Assembly: GCF_001194135.2 (NCBI RefSeq)
Contig: NC_068989.1
Location: 72,126,293-72,179,713, forward strand
Length of the DNA stretch: 53,421 nucleotides
Direction of reading: 5' to 3'
From: Octopus bimaculoides
Taxonomy: Eukaryota
The notes beneath the pieces were generated by a model, which saw nothing but the letters and a program-made list of their open reading frames with translations, was not told where the DNA came from and made no database searches. Positions 51,208-53,421 of the stretch are shown piece after piece (positions within the stretch are counted from its first letter, which is position 1; the number at the start of each line of letters is the position of its first letter). The translations under genes were made by a program, and so were the position numbers.

Positions 51208-52968
51208 CTGTCTTTGTGGGCCTCTTCTTTCATCCAACATGTCTTCCACAGAACTTTGTCTACTTGCTCTTCCTGGTAACGGCGGCTTTCCACCCCGCAT
51301 GTAGCGGTTAGGCGAATCTTCACGCGAAAAGCCACCGCTATCGCTTGCACCTTCAAAACCTTCCCCAGGTCTAGATCCCGGGTGGCGATATCCACCGTGA
51401 GACGGTTGTCGGTCATCGATTATATCTTCACGTGAATTTTCTCGTCTAATACGACGACCAGACTCATTGGAAGTTTGTCGTGATGGGGCCACATTTCTTC
51501 GAATATTTGCATTCGGTGATTCATCTCTTGTGAAAGCATCTGAAGAACTACCAGAACCTTTTCCAACTTTACGGAATACATTCTGATTTACTTCTATATC
51601 GGCTTTATTAAGGTCTGATTTCCGGAAGTCTTTATTGGGTAGGTTTTGGCCCCTCTCAGCTAGGGAATCAATCTCACTGCCTTTGGACGGATGCTTGTGT
51701 GCTCGGTATTTATTTCGGCGATTCGGTGAAGAATCCCGCGAAAACGTTGGAGAATCTTCTCTTGCAGAACGTGACTCTTGCCGACTGTAGCGTGAGTCTT
51801 GCTTCCATCGGGAGCCACTTCTTTCAGGTGAGACTTCACGAGGTTCAGGTCTTTGATGTCGGTTATAATTATCGCGATTTTTCTCAGCACCAACGCCAGG
51901 ATGTCTGTGAGGTTCTGTGAGGAGATTTTGTTTCCAGTGTTCAACTTTTTCAATGCTATCCCTTAAAGAAAGGTTCTCTGGGGTTAGCGACGAATTTTCT
52001 GATTTTAAGGCACCTTCTGGTTGTCTTTCTTTGCTACCATGGCGACGTCTTCTAGGTTTGTCATCCAGTATGCTATCTCGCGAAGACGACCGGCTAAAAC
52101 CGGGTTTGCCGTCTCTGCTTCCCCCTTGGGATCGTCGTTCTTTCCGAGAACTCCTAGACTCTTCATATTCATGTTCCTGTATAGAATTAGGATTTGGAGT
52201 ACTTGTTCTTGGACCATATCTCCATTTGCTTGGAGCACCATCGTCTTCAAAGGCACTTAGTTCCGATTCAAATTCATCTCCTCGCCTCCTAGATGAACGA
52301 GACGGGGTTGGAGCGTCACCATAAACTGCTTTCCTCCACGTTCTTTCTGACGGCGCGTCGCTTATCGTTCCATCTGGCGGCGAATCTCTGTAATTTCTTC
52401 TGTTGTGTCCGCTACCACCTGTTTCATTGTTTGTTATACCTGATCCCATTTCTCCGAGAGGTTTGTTAGCGGCTTTTTCGAATCTGTTTCTGAATTTTGA
52501 GAATTTATCTTCTTTGCCGCGGCCTCCCCCTTCTTCTTTATCACGTCCTCCACCACCTTCTTCGTCACAACCACTACCTCTNNNNNNNNNNNNNNNNNNN
52601 NNNNNNNNNNNNNNNNNNNNNNNNNNNNNNNNNNNNNNNNNNNNNNNNNNNNNNNNNNNNNNNNNNNNNNNNNNNNNNNNNNNNNNNNNNNNNNNNNNNN
52701 NNNNNNNNNNNNNNNNNNNNNNNNNNNNNNNNNNNNNNNNNNNNNNNNNNNNNNNNNNNNNNNNNNNNNNNNNNNNNNNNNNNNNNNNNNNNNNNNNNNN
52801 NNNNNGATATCCTTCGTCAACTGTTCACTGATACGAAACCGTCTGTAAGTCTCGCGACGCACTTCCTTCTTCGGGATTTTGATCCGTTTCGTTTTCGATA
52901 TGGCGTCTTTTCTGTTTGAATCTCGTGTGATTTCTGGTCGTGGTGATGTACCTCTGCATACTAAGTAT
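51208..52968 (-). CDS. Large internal exon of an unidentified gene; Arg/Ser/Asp/Gly-rich, probably disordered protein (gap at 52582-52806)
   Basis: The frame is open from the gap edge at 52581 (RGSGCDEEGGGGRDKEEGG...LGEMGSGITNN...) to a phase-0 donor CAG|GTAAGT at 51208/51207. GC content is far above the flanks. A strong acceptor (long T-rich tract ending ctcag) lies at 52969/52968. The reading frame before the gap is uncertain. Confidence 0.8.
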
Positions 52969-53035
52969 CTGAGAAAAAAATAAAAAGAAAAAGAAAAGAC
53001 ACATAAATATGTATATGTGTGTGTACATACATACA

Positions 53036-53066
<31 letters not shown>

Positions 53067-53272
53067 GTATAAAAAGAAAAGGAAAAAGAAAACTTCTAAC
53101 AATGTAGAAAACTTTACTAGAACCTTTATATTTCGGGCACAAAACACATCCTCAGGAGGAAGCAGTCCAAGAAATGTCTAGTTACATCGAATTCGTTATT
53201 TATAATGTAACGAATTCGATGTAACAAGACATTTCTTCGACATAAAATATAAAGGGCTTTGTAAAACTTTCT

Positions 53273-53421
53273 GCGCAGGAGTGGCTGTGTGGTAAGTAGC
53301 TTGCTTACCAACCACATGGTTCTGGGTTCAGTCCCACTGCGTGGCACCTTGGGTAAGAAGTGTCTTCTACTATAGCCCCGGGCCGACGAAAGCCTTGTGA
53401 GTGGATCTGGTAGACGGAAAC
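53273..53421 (+). mobile_element. SINE family A, truncated by the window end
   Basis: Head and core are nearly identical to the 5737 copy. Confidence 0.88.

Noticed and set aside
51917-52324. 135-aa + strand ORF and other ORFs overlapping the large exon
   Set aside because: They are antisense or alternate-frame shadows of a GC-rich coding exon.

Overview
AT-rich, repeat-dense animal genomic DNA with many assembly gaps. The SINE, MITE and microsatellite content resembles an octopus (cephalopod) genome; this is inferred from repeat families I recall, not from a search. Two protein-coding loci are supported, both on the minus strand. The first is coding exon 1 of an FHOD1/FHOD3-type formin (23575-23754). 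No exon 2 was recognised to its left, so 1-23574 is probably one large first intron. The second is an unidentified gene with a large Arg/Ser/Asp-rich exon (51208-52968, gapped) and a further exon ending at 48909. The rest is tRNA-derived SINEs (labelled A-E here), MITEs, a solo LTR inserted in a SINE, a decayed Gypsy pol fragment, a tRNA-Asp-like pseudogene and microsatellites. Most notable are two type I hammerhead ribozyme motifs of the kind carried by Penelope-like elements. One is near-canonical (25357-25405), about 1.6 kb upstream of the formin ATG. The other lies in each arm of an 82-bp inverted repeat (40893-41064), so it is encoded on both strands. A CpG-rich versus CpG-poor mosaic and promoter-type motifs at 25.7-29.5 kb hint at unannotated transcription units. 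Most ORFs in the supplied track are microsatellite or N-gap artefacts. Repeat boundaries without a stated TSD or TIR are approximate.
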